DNA of 64,000 nt, taken from IMG/VR virus record IMGVR_UViG_3300022699_000293, positions 23,131 to 87,130 of that record; one strand, written 5' to 3'. Position numbers and translations under genes: made by a program. Positions 10,634 through 20,228 of this stretch are shown here, piece by piece. The DNA comes from a virus. How positions within the stretch are numbered: the first letter of the stretch is position 1; the number at the start of each line of letters is the position of its first letter. The notes under the pieces were generated by a model that did not search any database, was not told the DNA's origin, and saw only the letters and a list, made by a program, of their open reading frames with translations.

Positions 10634-11203
10634 ATGGTTAAGGACACACGACAAGATTCAACTTTTGCAACTTTGGTTCAATCAGCAAGAGACAAACCTC
10701 CTCGCATGTCTCAAGAAACAGAGATTCCTTCTTTATTTTCGCCACCATCCGACGATTCTTCAAAAGATTCGTTTGTAGCTAAAGAATTAACAAACAATAA
10801 ACCTGGACGACAAATACGTCTTGTAAGTTTTACGCGTACTTTTGTATTGTGGCGTCCTTGGGAAAAATGTTCTCGATGTTTGGAAATGTTAAAACAGGGA
10901 GAAATAGAATTACCTTCAATAGGGGATATGACTTGCCCCCATGTACAGCTTGCGGAGTATAAAGAAATTAAAGATGCTGTTCTCAGAGGTGACGGTATTA
11001 AAGAATTTGAAGAATACTTTCAATTACATGACGGTACTCGATGTGTTCAATTTTCTTGGTTGGAAGCTGATCCAGAATTTTTAGAAAAAATGAAAAAAGA
11101 AGCTCAAAAAAACAAGGATAGCGTGTACCCACCAAACCCTGAAAAAGTTTTTAACCAAAAAGAGGAGGAGACTCCGAATAATGATTCTGAAGTCTCCTCC
11201 TGA
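10634..11203 (+). CDS. Hypothetical protein (CxxC..CPH)
   Basis: 189-aa ORF downstream of the portal. Confidence 0.6.
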   Translation: MVKDTRQDSTFATLVQSARDKPPRMSQETEIPSLFSPPSDDSSKDSFVAKELTNNKPGRQIRLVSFTRTFVLWRPWEKCSRCLEMLKQGEIELPSIGDMTCPHVQLAEYKEIKDAVLRGDGIKEFEEYFQLHDGTRCVQFSWLEADPEFLEKMKKEAQKNKDSVYPPNPEKVFNQKEEETPNNDSEVSS

Positions 11204-11425
11204 CGGTTCTGGGGTGAGTTTGTCGACGGTTCTTAGGGATTTTTCAGACTACTTAAATAGTCTGAAGAATTCCCACAGGAGTTCGACAATCACCCCAGGC
11301 TTTTCGCCAGCATTCCCATTTTTATCCTCCTTGTAAAAAGCCGTCTACCGTCATCTTCTTTTACCAAAATGTCTTTTCGAATCTGAAAGAATGTTCTATA
11401 CTTGAACCGTTCAGAAGGAGAGCAA

Positions 11426-14400
11426 ATGCCTAAGCTAACACCTTTGATGATAGGTCCAGATCAACGTAGAACTCTTATTCACGAAAAAGTGAAAGAGGGT
11501 TTGAATGAATCATTTCCTATACAGTCTCGGAATAAGACATTGGAAGTGAAAGATCTTCGCATAATAAATAAAGACTATACGCCGACAGAACAGAAACGCG
11601 CAATTCTTTCTGGAGATTCTCTCTTTGAATCTGTTAAAGGAACTGTAAGTATAAAAGATAAGAAGGGTAAAATTTTAGATGAAGCCAAAAACTTTACTTT
11701 AGTCCGAATTCCTTATTTTACTCCTCGACATACTTTTATCATTGGGGGTAACGAACATTCTGTTTCTAATATGGTACGTCGTAAACCGGGAGTTTATTCT
11801 CGTAAAAGAGCTAATGGTATTTTAGAGGCAGGGTTTAACACCATCGGAGGATCTAATTTTCGAGTAAGCATGGATCCTTCTAAAGGACAGCCACAATTAG
11901 AATACGGGTCGACTAAAATTCCATTATATCCTATTTTACGTAAATCTGGAATTTCTCACGACAATATAGCTAAAGCGTGGGGGTCTAAATTAGCAGATAT
12001 TAATGAAAAAGAACTATCTTCTAAAACAGACAGATATATTGATAAGTTATATAACAAAGAAATTCCTCCTTATTTTAGAGACGAAACAAAAACTTCTCAG
12101 GAAAAAATGGAGGATATTTTAACACGTTATAAAGATGCTAAAATGGATCCTGAAGTTAATCAAAAAACTTTAGGACGTCCTCACACGCATGTTACTCCTG
12201 ACAGTTTGCTGGACGCGTCTACTCGTGTATTGAAAATATTTAACAAAGAAGAAGACGTGGACGATCAAGATAATTTGGGCTTTAAAACATTAATGTCTGT
12301 TGATGATTTTTTTAAAGAGCGTATAAAATTACACGCTAGAAACGTTGCTAATAAAACAGCGATAAAAATGGAAAGAACCCCGCAACTTAAGAAAGCATTA
12401 CCTCCAGGCCCATTTACAAAAGATCTGTTACAATTTATTTCTACTTCCTCTTTGTCTTCAATTCCAGATCAAACTAACCCTGTGGATTTGATTGACTCAG
12501 CTATGAGAGTAACGTCTTTAGGTGAAGGTGGAATCTCAACTGAACGTGCTATTCCTATCGAAGCTCGACAAACCCATGTAACTCAAATGGGTGCTTTAGA
12601 TCCTATTAGAACACCAGAATCTAGTCGTGCCGGTATTGATGTAAGAGCTGCAGTAACAGCTCAACGAGATGAAAATGGAGATATCTACGTTCCTGTTTAC
12701 GACGTAAAAAGTCAACGAGAAAAATACATTAAAGCAGGTCACCTCCAGGACTCTGTTGTAGCTTTTGCGAACCAACCCTTGAAAGGGTCTGTTGAGGCTG
12801 TCGCACGAGGTGTTGTTCGTCGTGTACCTGCACGAGAAGTAGACTACCAAATACCGCACCAATCTCGTTTATACAGTGCTACAACAAACTTAATTCCTTT
12901 TTTGGAATCGGCACAAGGCAATCGAGCTGTAATGGGTTCGAAAATGCAAGTGCAAGCGTTATCCTTGGTTAATCGTGACGCTCCTTATGTTCAAGTTGCG
13001 ACGCCTTCACAAAAATCTTTCGAACGAATGATAGGTAAGATTGTTAATCCCCATTCTCCAGTATCAGGCACTGTTAAAAAAATAGATAATGATTACATTT
13101 ACGTGTTGCCCGACCAAGAAAAACAAGCCGCAATTAACAAAGCTATTAAAATTCCTTATGACAATAATTTTCCGTTAGCTACCAAAACATATTTAAATCA
13201 TGATTTGTTTGTCAAACCTGGAGATAAAGTTAAGAAGGGTCAAACTTTAGGTACTTCTAATTTTACTAAAAATGGGGTTTTGGCACTAGGTAAGAACATG
13301 AGTGTTGCTTACATGCCGTATTACGGAAAAAATTCTAATGATGCGGTAGTGATTAGCGACAAAGCAGCAAAAAACTTAACGTCTGAACGTATGTATAAAA
13401 TCGTAGTACCTCAAGAACCCAACTTAACTTTAAACCAAAACAAACATAAAACGTATTACGGGCATAGATATAAAAAGGATCAATATAGAAGGTTAGACAA
13501 AGATGGAGTAATCGAAGCAGGTACTAAATTAACTCCACACGACCCATTGGTGGTAGGTGTTCGAAAAACTGAATTATCTCCGGATGACTTAATACTAGGA
13601 CGATTGCATCGTTCTCTTGCAAACCCTTACAAAGAATTTAAACACGAGTGGGATCACGATTATGAAGGAGAAGTTGTAGATGTAGTCAAAACACCTAAAC
13701 GTGTAACCATGACAGTTAAAACACGAGAACCTGCACGAATAGGAGACAAGTTAAGTGGGCGTTTTGGGAATAAGGGGGTTGTTTCTGAAATCATTCCTCA
13801 AGATGAAATGGTTAAGGATGAGGCTGGAAAGCCTATTGATATTATTATGACTTCCGCTGGTGTTGTGTCACGAATTAATCCTAGCCAAATTATAGAAACA
13901 GCGGTAGGGAAAGTTGCTGAAAAAACAGGAAAACCAATTATTGTAGATAACTTTACTAGAAAAGATAATGTTAAATGGGCAAGAAAATTATTAAAAGAAC
14001 ATGATTTAAAAGATAAGGAAACTGTTTACGATCCAAAATCAGGAAAAAAAATTCCTAACATTATGGTAGGTCGTCAATATCTTTATAAGTTATCTAAATC
14101 TACTGATACAAATTATAGTGCTCGAAGTATGGGTACTTATGACATGAATATGCAACCAACTCGGGGAGGAATTCAAGGAGCTAAGGCTTTAGGCAAAATG
14201 GAATTCGATGCTTTGCTAGGTCATAATGCACGCAATATTTTAAGAGAAGCTGCTACAGTTAAAAGTCAAAAGAATGATGAATTTTGGCGTGCTATTCAAC
14301 TAGGTCAAATGCCTCCTACACCAAAATCTATTTTTGCTTACGATAAATTTCTCAACATGTTGAAAGGTGCAGGTGTTCGCGTAGACCGCGAAGGTAGTAA

Positions 14401-15787
14401 AATGTCTTTAGCCCCCCTTACGGACAAAGATGTTACTGAAATGTCTTCCGGTGAAATCAAAGATGCTAAGATAGTACGCGCCAAGGATTTACGTCCGGAA
14501 ACCGGAGGTTTGTTTGATCCGGGAATAACTGGAGGTTTACGAGGAACTCGCTGGTCTCATATTTCTTTGGCTGAACCTATAATTAACCCTGTATTTAAAG
14601 AACCTGTTAGGCGGTTACTAGATATGTCTAACGCACAATTGACAGATACGCTAAAAACTAAAGGAGGAAATCATATTAAAAAAGAATTGGGTAAGATTGA
14701 TTTGGATGCTAAAGAAAAAGAGCTTAAACGACAATTAAAGAAAAAGAATCCAAGTCAAGTAGATAATTCTTTAAAACAAATAAAATACATACGCGCATTA
14801 AAAAAATTAAATTTAAAACCTGATGAAGCGTATACAATGACGAAAGTACCCGTTGTTCCGCCGGTGATTCGTCCTGTAGTACCCGGTAAAGGTGGGACAC
14901 AACTTGTTTACGGTGATGCCAATCCTTTATACCAAGATTTGATTTATATTAATAATCAAATGAAAGAAATAAAGGATCCTAAAAATCCTACACCTCCGGG
15001 TGAAGAAGAAAAACTTAGACCTTCATTGCAACAAGCTGTAGGCGCAGTTTATGGGACTGATGAGCCCGCCACAGCAAAATCTCGAGGACGAAAGCATAAA
15101 GGTTTTTTAACTTATATCTCGGGAGAGGGAGGACCAAAGCATGGATTTTTTCAATCAAAGTTGATGTCTCGAGCTCAAGATATGGCTGGGAGAGGAACAA
15201 TTGTTCCTGACAGTACTTTGGGAGTAGATGAGATTGGCGTACCTGAAGAAATGCTATGGACGATGTACCGAGATTTTATCATCAGGGGCTTAGTTCAAAA
15301 AGGTTTTCCGGCTATCCAAGCTCGTCAAATGGTGGAAGACAAACATCCAGCTGCAAAAGATACGCTAAACCGAATTATTAAGGAACGTCCTGTATTAATG
15401 AACCGCGCACCTACGTTACACAGGTACAACATTGTAGGAGCTAAACCTGTACCTGTACCAGGACGTACATTACGAGTTAATCCTTTTATAGAAGCGCATA
15501 TGAATGCAGATTATGACGGAGATGCAATGACCCTACATGTTCCCATCTCGCCTGCTGCTGTTAAAGAAGCGGAGGATATTACGCTTTCTAAACTTTTATA
15601 CGGGGATAAAACCAAAAATGACTTATTAGTTTTCCCACAGCACGAAGCGATAATGGGGATACACCAAGCTAGTGGCGCGGACGATAAGAATACAATACCT
15701 AAAAAATTTAAAAATCAGGGTGAAGCAATAGCAGCTTACAAACGTGGAGAAATTGGACTAGGAACTCGGGTAACTATTGGAAATTAA
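11426..15787 (+). CDS. Phage multisubunit RNA polymerase: beta subunit fused to the N-terminal (catalytic) half of beta'
   Basis: Beta motifs TPES..G, NRAVMGSKMQ.QA, GDKLSGRFGNKGVVS; beta' motifs GGLFD, HISLAEP, PVVPP..RP, NRAPTLHR, catalytic NADYDGD; SD gaaggag. Confidence 0.92.
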   Translation: MPKLTPLMIGPDQRRTLIHEKVKEGLNESFPIQSRNKTLEVKDLRIINKDYTPTEQKRAILSGDSLFESVKGTVSIKDKKGKILDEAKNFTLVRIPYFTPRHTFIIGGNEHSVSNMVRRKPGVYSRKRANGILEAGFNTIGGSNFRVSMDPSKGQPQLEYGSTKIPLYPILRKSGISHDNIAKAWGSKLADINEKELSSKTDRYIDKLYNKEIPPYFRDETKTSQEKMEDILTRYKDAKMDPEVNQKTLGRPHTHVTPDSLLDASTRVLKIFNKEEDVDDQDNLGFKTLMSVDDFFKERIKLHARNVANKTAIKMERTPQLKKALPPGPFTKDLLQFISTSSLSSIPDQTNPVDLIDSAMRVTSLGEGGISTERAIPIEARQTHVTQMGALDPIRTPESSRAGIDVRAAVTAQRDENGDIYVPVYDVKSQREKYIKAGHLQDSVVAFANQPLKGSVEAVARGVVRRVPAREVDYQIPHQSRLYSATTNLIPFLESAQGNRAVMGSKMQVQALSLVNRDAPYVQVATPSQKSFERMIGKIVNPHSPVSGTVKKIDNDYIYVLPDQEKQAAINKAIKIPYDNNFPLATKTYLNHDLFVKPGDKVKKGQTLGTSNFTKNGVLALGKNMSVAYMPYYGKNSNDAVVISDKAAKNLTSERMYKIVVPQEPNLTLNQNKHKTYYGHRYKKDQYRRLDKDGVIEAGTKLTPHDPLVVGVRKTELSPDDLILGRLHRSLANPYKEFKHEWDHDYEGEVVDVVKTPKRVTMTVKTREPARIGDKLSGRFGNKGVVSEIIPQDEMVKDEAGKPIDIIMTSAGVVSRINPSQIIETAVGKVAEKTGKPIIVDNFTRKDNVKWARKLLKEHDLKDKETVYDPKSGKKIPNIMVGRQYLYKLSKSTDTNYSARSMGTYDMNMQPTRGGIQGAKALGKMEFDALLGHNARNILREAATVKSQKNDEFWRAIQLGQMPPTPKSIFAYDKFLNMLKGAGVRVDREGSKMSLAPLTDKDVTEMSSGEIKDAKIVRAKDLRPETGGLFDPGITGGLRGTRWSHISLAEPIINPVFKEPVRRLLDMSNAQLTDTLKTKGGNHIKKELGKIDLDAKEKELKRQLKKKNPSQVDNSLKQIKYIRALKKLNLKPDEAYTMTKVPVVPPVIRPVVPGKGGTQLVYGDANPLYQDLIYINNQMKEIKDPKNPTPPGEEEKLRPSLQQAVGAVYGTDEPATAKSRGRKHKGFLTYISGEGGPKHGFFQSKLMSRAQDMAGRGTIVPDSTLGVDEIGVPEEMLWTMYRDFIIRGLVQKGFPAIQARQMVEDKHPAAKDTLNRIIKERPVLMNRAPTLHRYNIVGAKPVPVPGRTLRVNPFIEAHMNADYDGDAMTLHVPISPAAVKEAEDITLSKLLYGDKTKNDLLVFPQHEAIMGIHQASGADDKNTIPKKFKNQGEAIAAYKRGEIGLGTRVTIGN

Positions 15788-17377
15788 ATGACTCATTCTT
15801 CACCAGCGCAGCGTACTGCAGCCTGGGCTAATCGGAAATACCCAGATGTAGAAAACTTGAATACTGTTTTAGTAGATAGTCCAAGTACTAGCCTACGAAT
15901 GACAAAAAAAGATGTATTAGATTATTATACAACACCAGAGGTGCAACGTAACTTGTTGCCCCAATTACGTCAAAAAGATTTAATTGCCTTAGTTGCTAGA
16001 GATCCTAACAATCCAATAATCAGAAGGTATCGTAGAAGAAAGGAACCTGTCCGCATATCTGATAAAAAAGACTTAGATTGGTATGCCAAGCGCAGATATG
16101 TTGAATTTCACCCAACGTTAAAATCCAAATCTAAAGAGTTGTGGGTAGACTTGGATGCGGGTAAGAATGTAGGTATCGACGAAATAAAACCTGCAGTTAA
16201 AGATGTACAAAAAGCTGTTTCTAAAATCCCCAACATTAAAAAAACGGACATAACATTTTCTGGTGGTCGAGGTTTTCATGTTCGAGGAGAGTTAAATAAA
16301 GAACAAAGAACAAGTTCCTTAGAAAAAGTTATCAAACGCGTTATGGCTCGTTTGGCACGACGAAATAAACGTTACACTACACGCCCTCCCAAAACCAATG
16401 AAATTCGTCTTGACACTTCTACGTTTCACGAACGAGGTTCAATACGCGCTCCTTTTTCACTTAATCAAAAAACAGGATTAGTTTCAGTTCCTGTAAAAAA
16501 TAATCATTTAAAATCTTTTGATCCTATTGCTCATGCTAACCCTTGGGCAGTGATTGCTGAATTACGACGTAAAAAGAAAACTTCGCGTGAATTTGCTCCA
16601 GGCATTCCCGAAAATAGAGCTATTAAATCTTTACCTAGCTTTAAACAACCTAAATCGTGGATTATGTCTGTTCAAGAGCATGACGCAAAAAAAGCAGGAA
16701 AACATTACGATTTACGTTTAGTGGATCCTTGGAGTGACTACGCTCACTCTTGGGCAATCCCTAAAAGTAAACTACCTCGAGCAGGAGAAAAACCTGTTCT
16801 AGCAATCCAAACTCCTACACATACATCGAACTATGCATTAACCTTTGGAGCTAAAAAACCTGAGCATATTGCCAAGGGCTACGGAGCAGGCACAGTACAA
16901 ATAAAACATAAGGAACCTGTACAATTAACTTCTTCTCCAGATTTTATTAAATTCAAAAGACAAAAAGGTCGTGGCCAAGAAGAAAATTTTGTGCTATTCC
17001 GAACTAAAGGAGATTCTTGGTTATTACGTAATGTGACAAAATCGGGAACAGTAAAGGAAGCTGTAATGAGTTCTTTATATTGGAATGGATTTGAAGAAAC
17101 GCTACAAAAATTAGGTATGTCTAATGAAGTGCGTGCGGCTATAAAACAACGTGGTCAATCGGAAAATATGCAACAATCTTTAGAAACAGAAGATCAAGGA
17201 TTACCTTCTGCGGCTTTAGCTAAACAACTACAGAAATTACCTGTACCTGAAATTGTACACAAAAATAAAGGACAAGATAGCGTTGAAAATAGACTAAATA
17301 GATCTGTATCTTGGGGACCTAAACAAGAAATTTCACATGAAGTTGCTACGGGACCTTCCCCGATAATGGGAATTTAA
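15788..17377 (+). CDS. LigD-like protein: AEP primase-polymerase domain, 3'-phosphoesterase domain and C-terminal tail
   Basis: VEFH, VDLD, FSGGRGFHV, RAPFS (LigD-Pol); VQEHDA..HYDLRL..SWAIPK..LAIQT..H..Y..F..GYGAG.V (LigD-PE); no ligase domain. Confidence 0.85.
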   Translation: MTHSSPAQRTAAWANRKYPDVENLNTVLVDSPSTSLRMTKKDVLDYYTTPEVQRNLLPQLRQKDLIALVARDPNNPIIRRYRRRKEPVRISDKKDLDWYAKRRYVEFHPTLKSKSKELWVDLDAGKNVGIDEIKPAVKDVQKAVSKIPNIKKTDITFSGGRGFHVRGELNKEQRTSSLEKVIKRVMARLARRNKRYTTRPPKTNEIRLDTSTFHERGSIRAPFSLNQKTGLVSVPVKNNHLKSFDPIAHANPWAVIAELRRKKKTSREFAPGIPENRAIKSLPSFKQPKSWIMSVQEHDAKKAGKHYDLRLVDPWSDYAHSWAIPKSKLPRAGEKPVLAIQTPTHTSNYALTFGAKKPEHIAKGYGAGTVQIKHKEPVQLTSSPDFIKFKRQKGRGQEENFVLFRTKGDSWLLRNVTKSGTVKEAVMSSLYWNGFEETLQKLGMSNEVRAAIKQRGQSENMQQSLETEDQGLPSAALAKQLQKLPVPEIVHKNKGQDSVENRLNRSVSWGPKQEISHEVATGPSPIMGI

Positions 17378-17378
17378 T

Positions 17379-19175
17379 ATGACTACACAAACTTTTGGGC
17401 GATACTTACTTAACCAACATATTCCTAAAGATTATCAATTGTCGGGAGAATCTGGGAAAAAAGAATTACGTACCAAAATGAACGCATTGGCAAAAAAAGA
17501 TCCGGTGGCTTATGTGAAAACAATTACAGATCTTAAGCGTGAAGGTGATTTCTTAGCTACAATGTCGGGACTTTCTGTGGGCTTGGATGATATTTCACCG
17601 GCACCGACACGCGATGAAGTATTGAAACCTTTGGTATCTGCTTTTAATCGCGCACAAACAGATAAACAAAGACGGCGTATTGCCGAACAAGCACAGGAAA
17701 AATTACTCAGTACTGTATCCAAACATCCAGGATCCATGACACAACAAGTAAAAAGTGGGGCTCGAGGAAAACCTGTACAGTATATGAAAATTGTCGCATC
17801 TCCTGCTGCAGCTAGAGATTCTTACGGATATACAGAACCTTGGTTGATTACTCGGTCATATGCCGAAGGTTTACGCCCTTCTGATTATTGGGTTGCGGGT
17901 AACGAAGCTATCTTAGACACTATCAAAAGCACTGTTTCAGTGTCTGAACCAGGGGAATTGACTAAAGTCCTTATGAGTAATATGGCAGATACGCTTGTAA
18001 TTGAAATTGATTGCGGCACACATAATGGTATTTCCTTAAATGTTAGTGACTCTAATATTTTAGACAGGTACTTGGCTCGAGATACCGGACGCTTTAAGCG
18101 TAATACTTTAATTACATCACAAGTACAAACGGCTTTAAAAAAAGCAGGAAAACAAAAAATCCTGGTACGTTCTCCTATGACTTGTGAGTCTGATGATGGA
18201 GTTTGTCAGAAATGCCAAGGGTTGGATGAGAAAGGTAATCCTCAAGAATTGGGTGTGAACGTTGGTGTGCGTGCAGCTTCTGCGTTAGGGGAACCTTTAA
18301 GTCAATTTGCCTTGGATGCTAAGCACGGAGTACGTACGGCTAAAGGAGATCGTGCTAGATTGCAAGGAGTTTCTGGCTTTCGTCAAATAATAGAATCGCC
18401 ACAACAATTTTTAAACAAAGCAACTCTTGCGGAACACGGCGGGAATGTAGATAAGATTGAAACTGCTCCTCAGGGAGGTCATTTCGTATACGTGAATGCT
18501 AAAAAACATTTTGTACCTCCTAATTTACAAGTAACAGCAAAAAAGGGGGATTCCATAGAACCAGGAGATTCTCTTAGTGAAGGCATTCCCAAACCTGATG
18601 AAATAGTTCGTTACAAAGGACTCGGTGCAGGACGGCAGTATCTTGTAAATACTTTGCGTGATTTGTATGCTAATCAAGGACGAGACTTAGATCAGAGACA
18701 TTTTGAATTATTAGCAAAGAACGAATTGAACCATGTGCGCGTTTTAGAAGATCCAGGTAACAATTTTTTAAAAGGAGACGTGGTATCTTATAATGCTCTT
18801 CGATCTACATTAGCTAAACAATCAAAAGAAATACCTATTAACGAGTCGTTAGGGCAAGTATTAGGAAAACCTTACTTTCATTTTTCTGTAGGTCAGCGTA
18901 TTACTCCAGCAGTTCTTCACTATTTAAAGAAAGAAGGTTTGAAATCTGTACTCATTGCTTCAAAAGCACCTAATGTAGAATTTATTATGAAACCTGCAAC
19001 ACGCGCACCCTTGTTAAACCCTGATTGGATGGCTCGATTAGGTCACAGGTACTTAAAAACAACTCTAAAGGAAGCTGCTCATTTTGGGGATATTTCTAAT
19101 TTACAAGGTACCCACCCTGTTCCTGCTTACGCTGCTGGCGTAAACTTTGGTCAGGGAAAACAAGGACGCTATTAG
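17379..19175 (+). CDS. RNA polymerase beta' C-terminal half
   Basis: SGARG, SYAEGL, DCGT, RSPMTC..GVCQKC, GVRAASALGEPLSQ..KHG (trigger-loop region), RHFE, LKEAA. Confidence 0.9.
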   Translation: MTTQTFGRYLLNQHIPKDYQLSGESGKKELRTKMNALAKKDPVAYVKTITDLKREGDFLATMSGLSVGLDDISPAPTRDEVLKPLVSAFNRAQTDKQRRRIAEQAQEKLLSTVSKHPGSMTQQVKSGARGKPVQYMKIVASPAAARDSYGYTEPWLITRSYAEGLRPSDYWVAGNEAILDTIKSTVSVSEPGELTKVLMSNMADTLVIEIDCGTHNGISLNVSDSNILDRYLARDTGRFKRNTLITSQVQTALKKAGKQKILVRSPMTCESDDGVCQKCQGLDEKGNPQELGVNVGVRAASALGEPLSQFALDAKHGVRTAKGDRARLQGVSGFRQIIESPQQFLNKATLAEHGGNVDKIETAPQGGHFVYVNAKKHFVPPNLQVTAKKGDSIEPGDSLSEGIPKPDEIVRYKGLGAGRQYLVNTLRDLYANQGRDLDQRHFELLAKNELNHVRVLEDPGNNFLKGDVVSYNALRSTLAKQSKEIPINESLGQVLGKPYFHFSVGQRITPAVLHYLKKEGLKSVLIASKAPNVEFIMKPATRAPLLNPDWMARLGHRYLKTTLKEAAHFGDISNLQGTHPVPAYAAGVNFGQGKQGRY

Positions 19176-19182
19176 GAATAAA

Positions 19183-19686
19183 ATGGATTACGATTTTTAT
19201 AAGTTAGGATGGGATGCAGCACTTGTAGACTTAGGCTTATGTAAAGAAGCTGCGTGGCCTAAAAGTTTAGCACGTGTGGGGAAATTTTTAAAAAGTAAGG
19301 TTCCTTCTAAAGCAGGTGTAAAAAAATTTTTTATAGGCAGTCCTAGACGTTTTATGCATGAATTTCGCAGTAAAAAATTATTGCAACCTGGAAGTACTTT
19401 GCGTGAGGGTTACAGAGCACGCAGTCCTCTGGAAAAAGCGCTGCTTTACGGTTTTCCATTGTACGAGGGAGGCCGTATTTTAACAGGAGACCCTGGACAA
19501 AGAGCTGAAAATATAGGAGGATTGCTGGGAGGTATGACTCTTGGTTTGGGTGCGTGGGGGCCTTCAGGTATGTTAGGCTCCATAGCTGCAGGTAGCTTGG
19601 GAGACTATTTAGGAAGAGGACTTGCCCGAACAGCTAAACATTCTTTGGGAGTAACCCCCGACGTAACGAATATATACAAAAAATAA
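19183..19686 (+). CDS. Glycine-zipper putative internal virion protein with KxA leader
   Basis: FYKLGWDAALVDLGLCKEAA leader; C-terminal GxxxG repeats. Confidence 0.55.
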   Translation: MDYDFYKLGWDAALVDLGLCKEAAWPKSLARVGKFLKSKVPSKAGVKKFFIGSPRRFMHEFRSKKLLQPGSTLREGYRARSPLEKALLYGFPLYEGGRILTGDPGQRAENIGGLLGGMTLGLGAWGPSGMLGSIAAGSLGDYLGRGLARTAKHSLGVTPDVTNIYKK

Positions 19687-19752
19687 AATTAAATCTTGGT
19701 AATTTTCACCGAATGCCATATACTTGGCGTGAACACTTTGGAGGTAAATAAA

Positions 19753-20196
19753 ATGGATACAGCAACAGCTAACGCATTAATCAAAGCCGCTTATGCCGAA
19801 GGCGTGAAACAAGCATTAACTGAGCGTGGATTAGACGAAAAAACAGCGTCTATTCGAAGTGAAGTGTTTACAGAAGAAAAATTTGCCGGTATTGCAGATG
19901 TCGGACAAGCTATTCGAAGCGGTCTTGGTCGCGCTGGGCAAGCTGTAGGCGGGGCTGCTAGCCGTGCTGGGCAAGCTGTAGGCGGGGCTGCTAGCCGTGC
20001 TGGGCAAGCTGTAGGCGGGGCTGCTAGGTCTGCAAAAGAAACCGCAAGCATCCCTATTGAAAATTTGAAGCTTCTACGTGAAACCAATCCGGAAGCCTTT
20101 AATGCTCTTATGGGTGGTGGTATCATCGGTGGTGGTGCAGGTTTAGGTGCTGGAATTGGTGGGACGTTGGGTACTCAAGCTCTTTTAGAAGATTGA
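19753..20196 (+). CDS. Glycine-zipper putative internal virion protein with 11-aa repeats
   Basis: SD ggagg; AYAEGVKQAL..KTAS leader; (RAGQAVGGAAS)x3; Gly-rich C-terminus. Confidence 0.6.
   Translation: MDTATANALIKAAYAEGVKQALTERGLDEKTASIRSEVFTEEKFAGIADVGQAIRSGLGRAGQAVGGAASRAGQAVGGAASRAGQAVGGAARSAKETASIPIENLKLLRETNPEAFNALMGGGIIGGGAGLGAGIGGTLGTQALLED
19930..20027 (+). repeat. 33-bp tandem repeat x3 (coding)
   Basis: cgtgctgggcaagctgtaggcggggctgctagc repeated almost perfectly three times. Confidence 0.95.
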
Positions 20197-20228
20197 GTTT
20201 TTAAAAAAAGCAACCGGGAGAAAACACC

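Noticed and set aside
11426-19175. Cellular rpoBC operon, or intron/intein-split RNAP
   Set aside because: Highly divergent, no ribosomal-protein neighbours, embedded among phage head genes; the intervening gene abuts both ORFs, leaving no room for intron structure, and no intein motifs were seen
19930-20027. 33-bp direct repeats as a possible CRISPR array
   Set aside because: Tandem with no spacers; in-frame coding repeat
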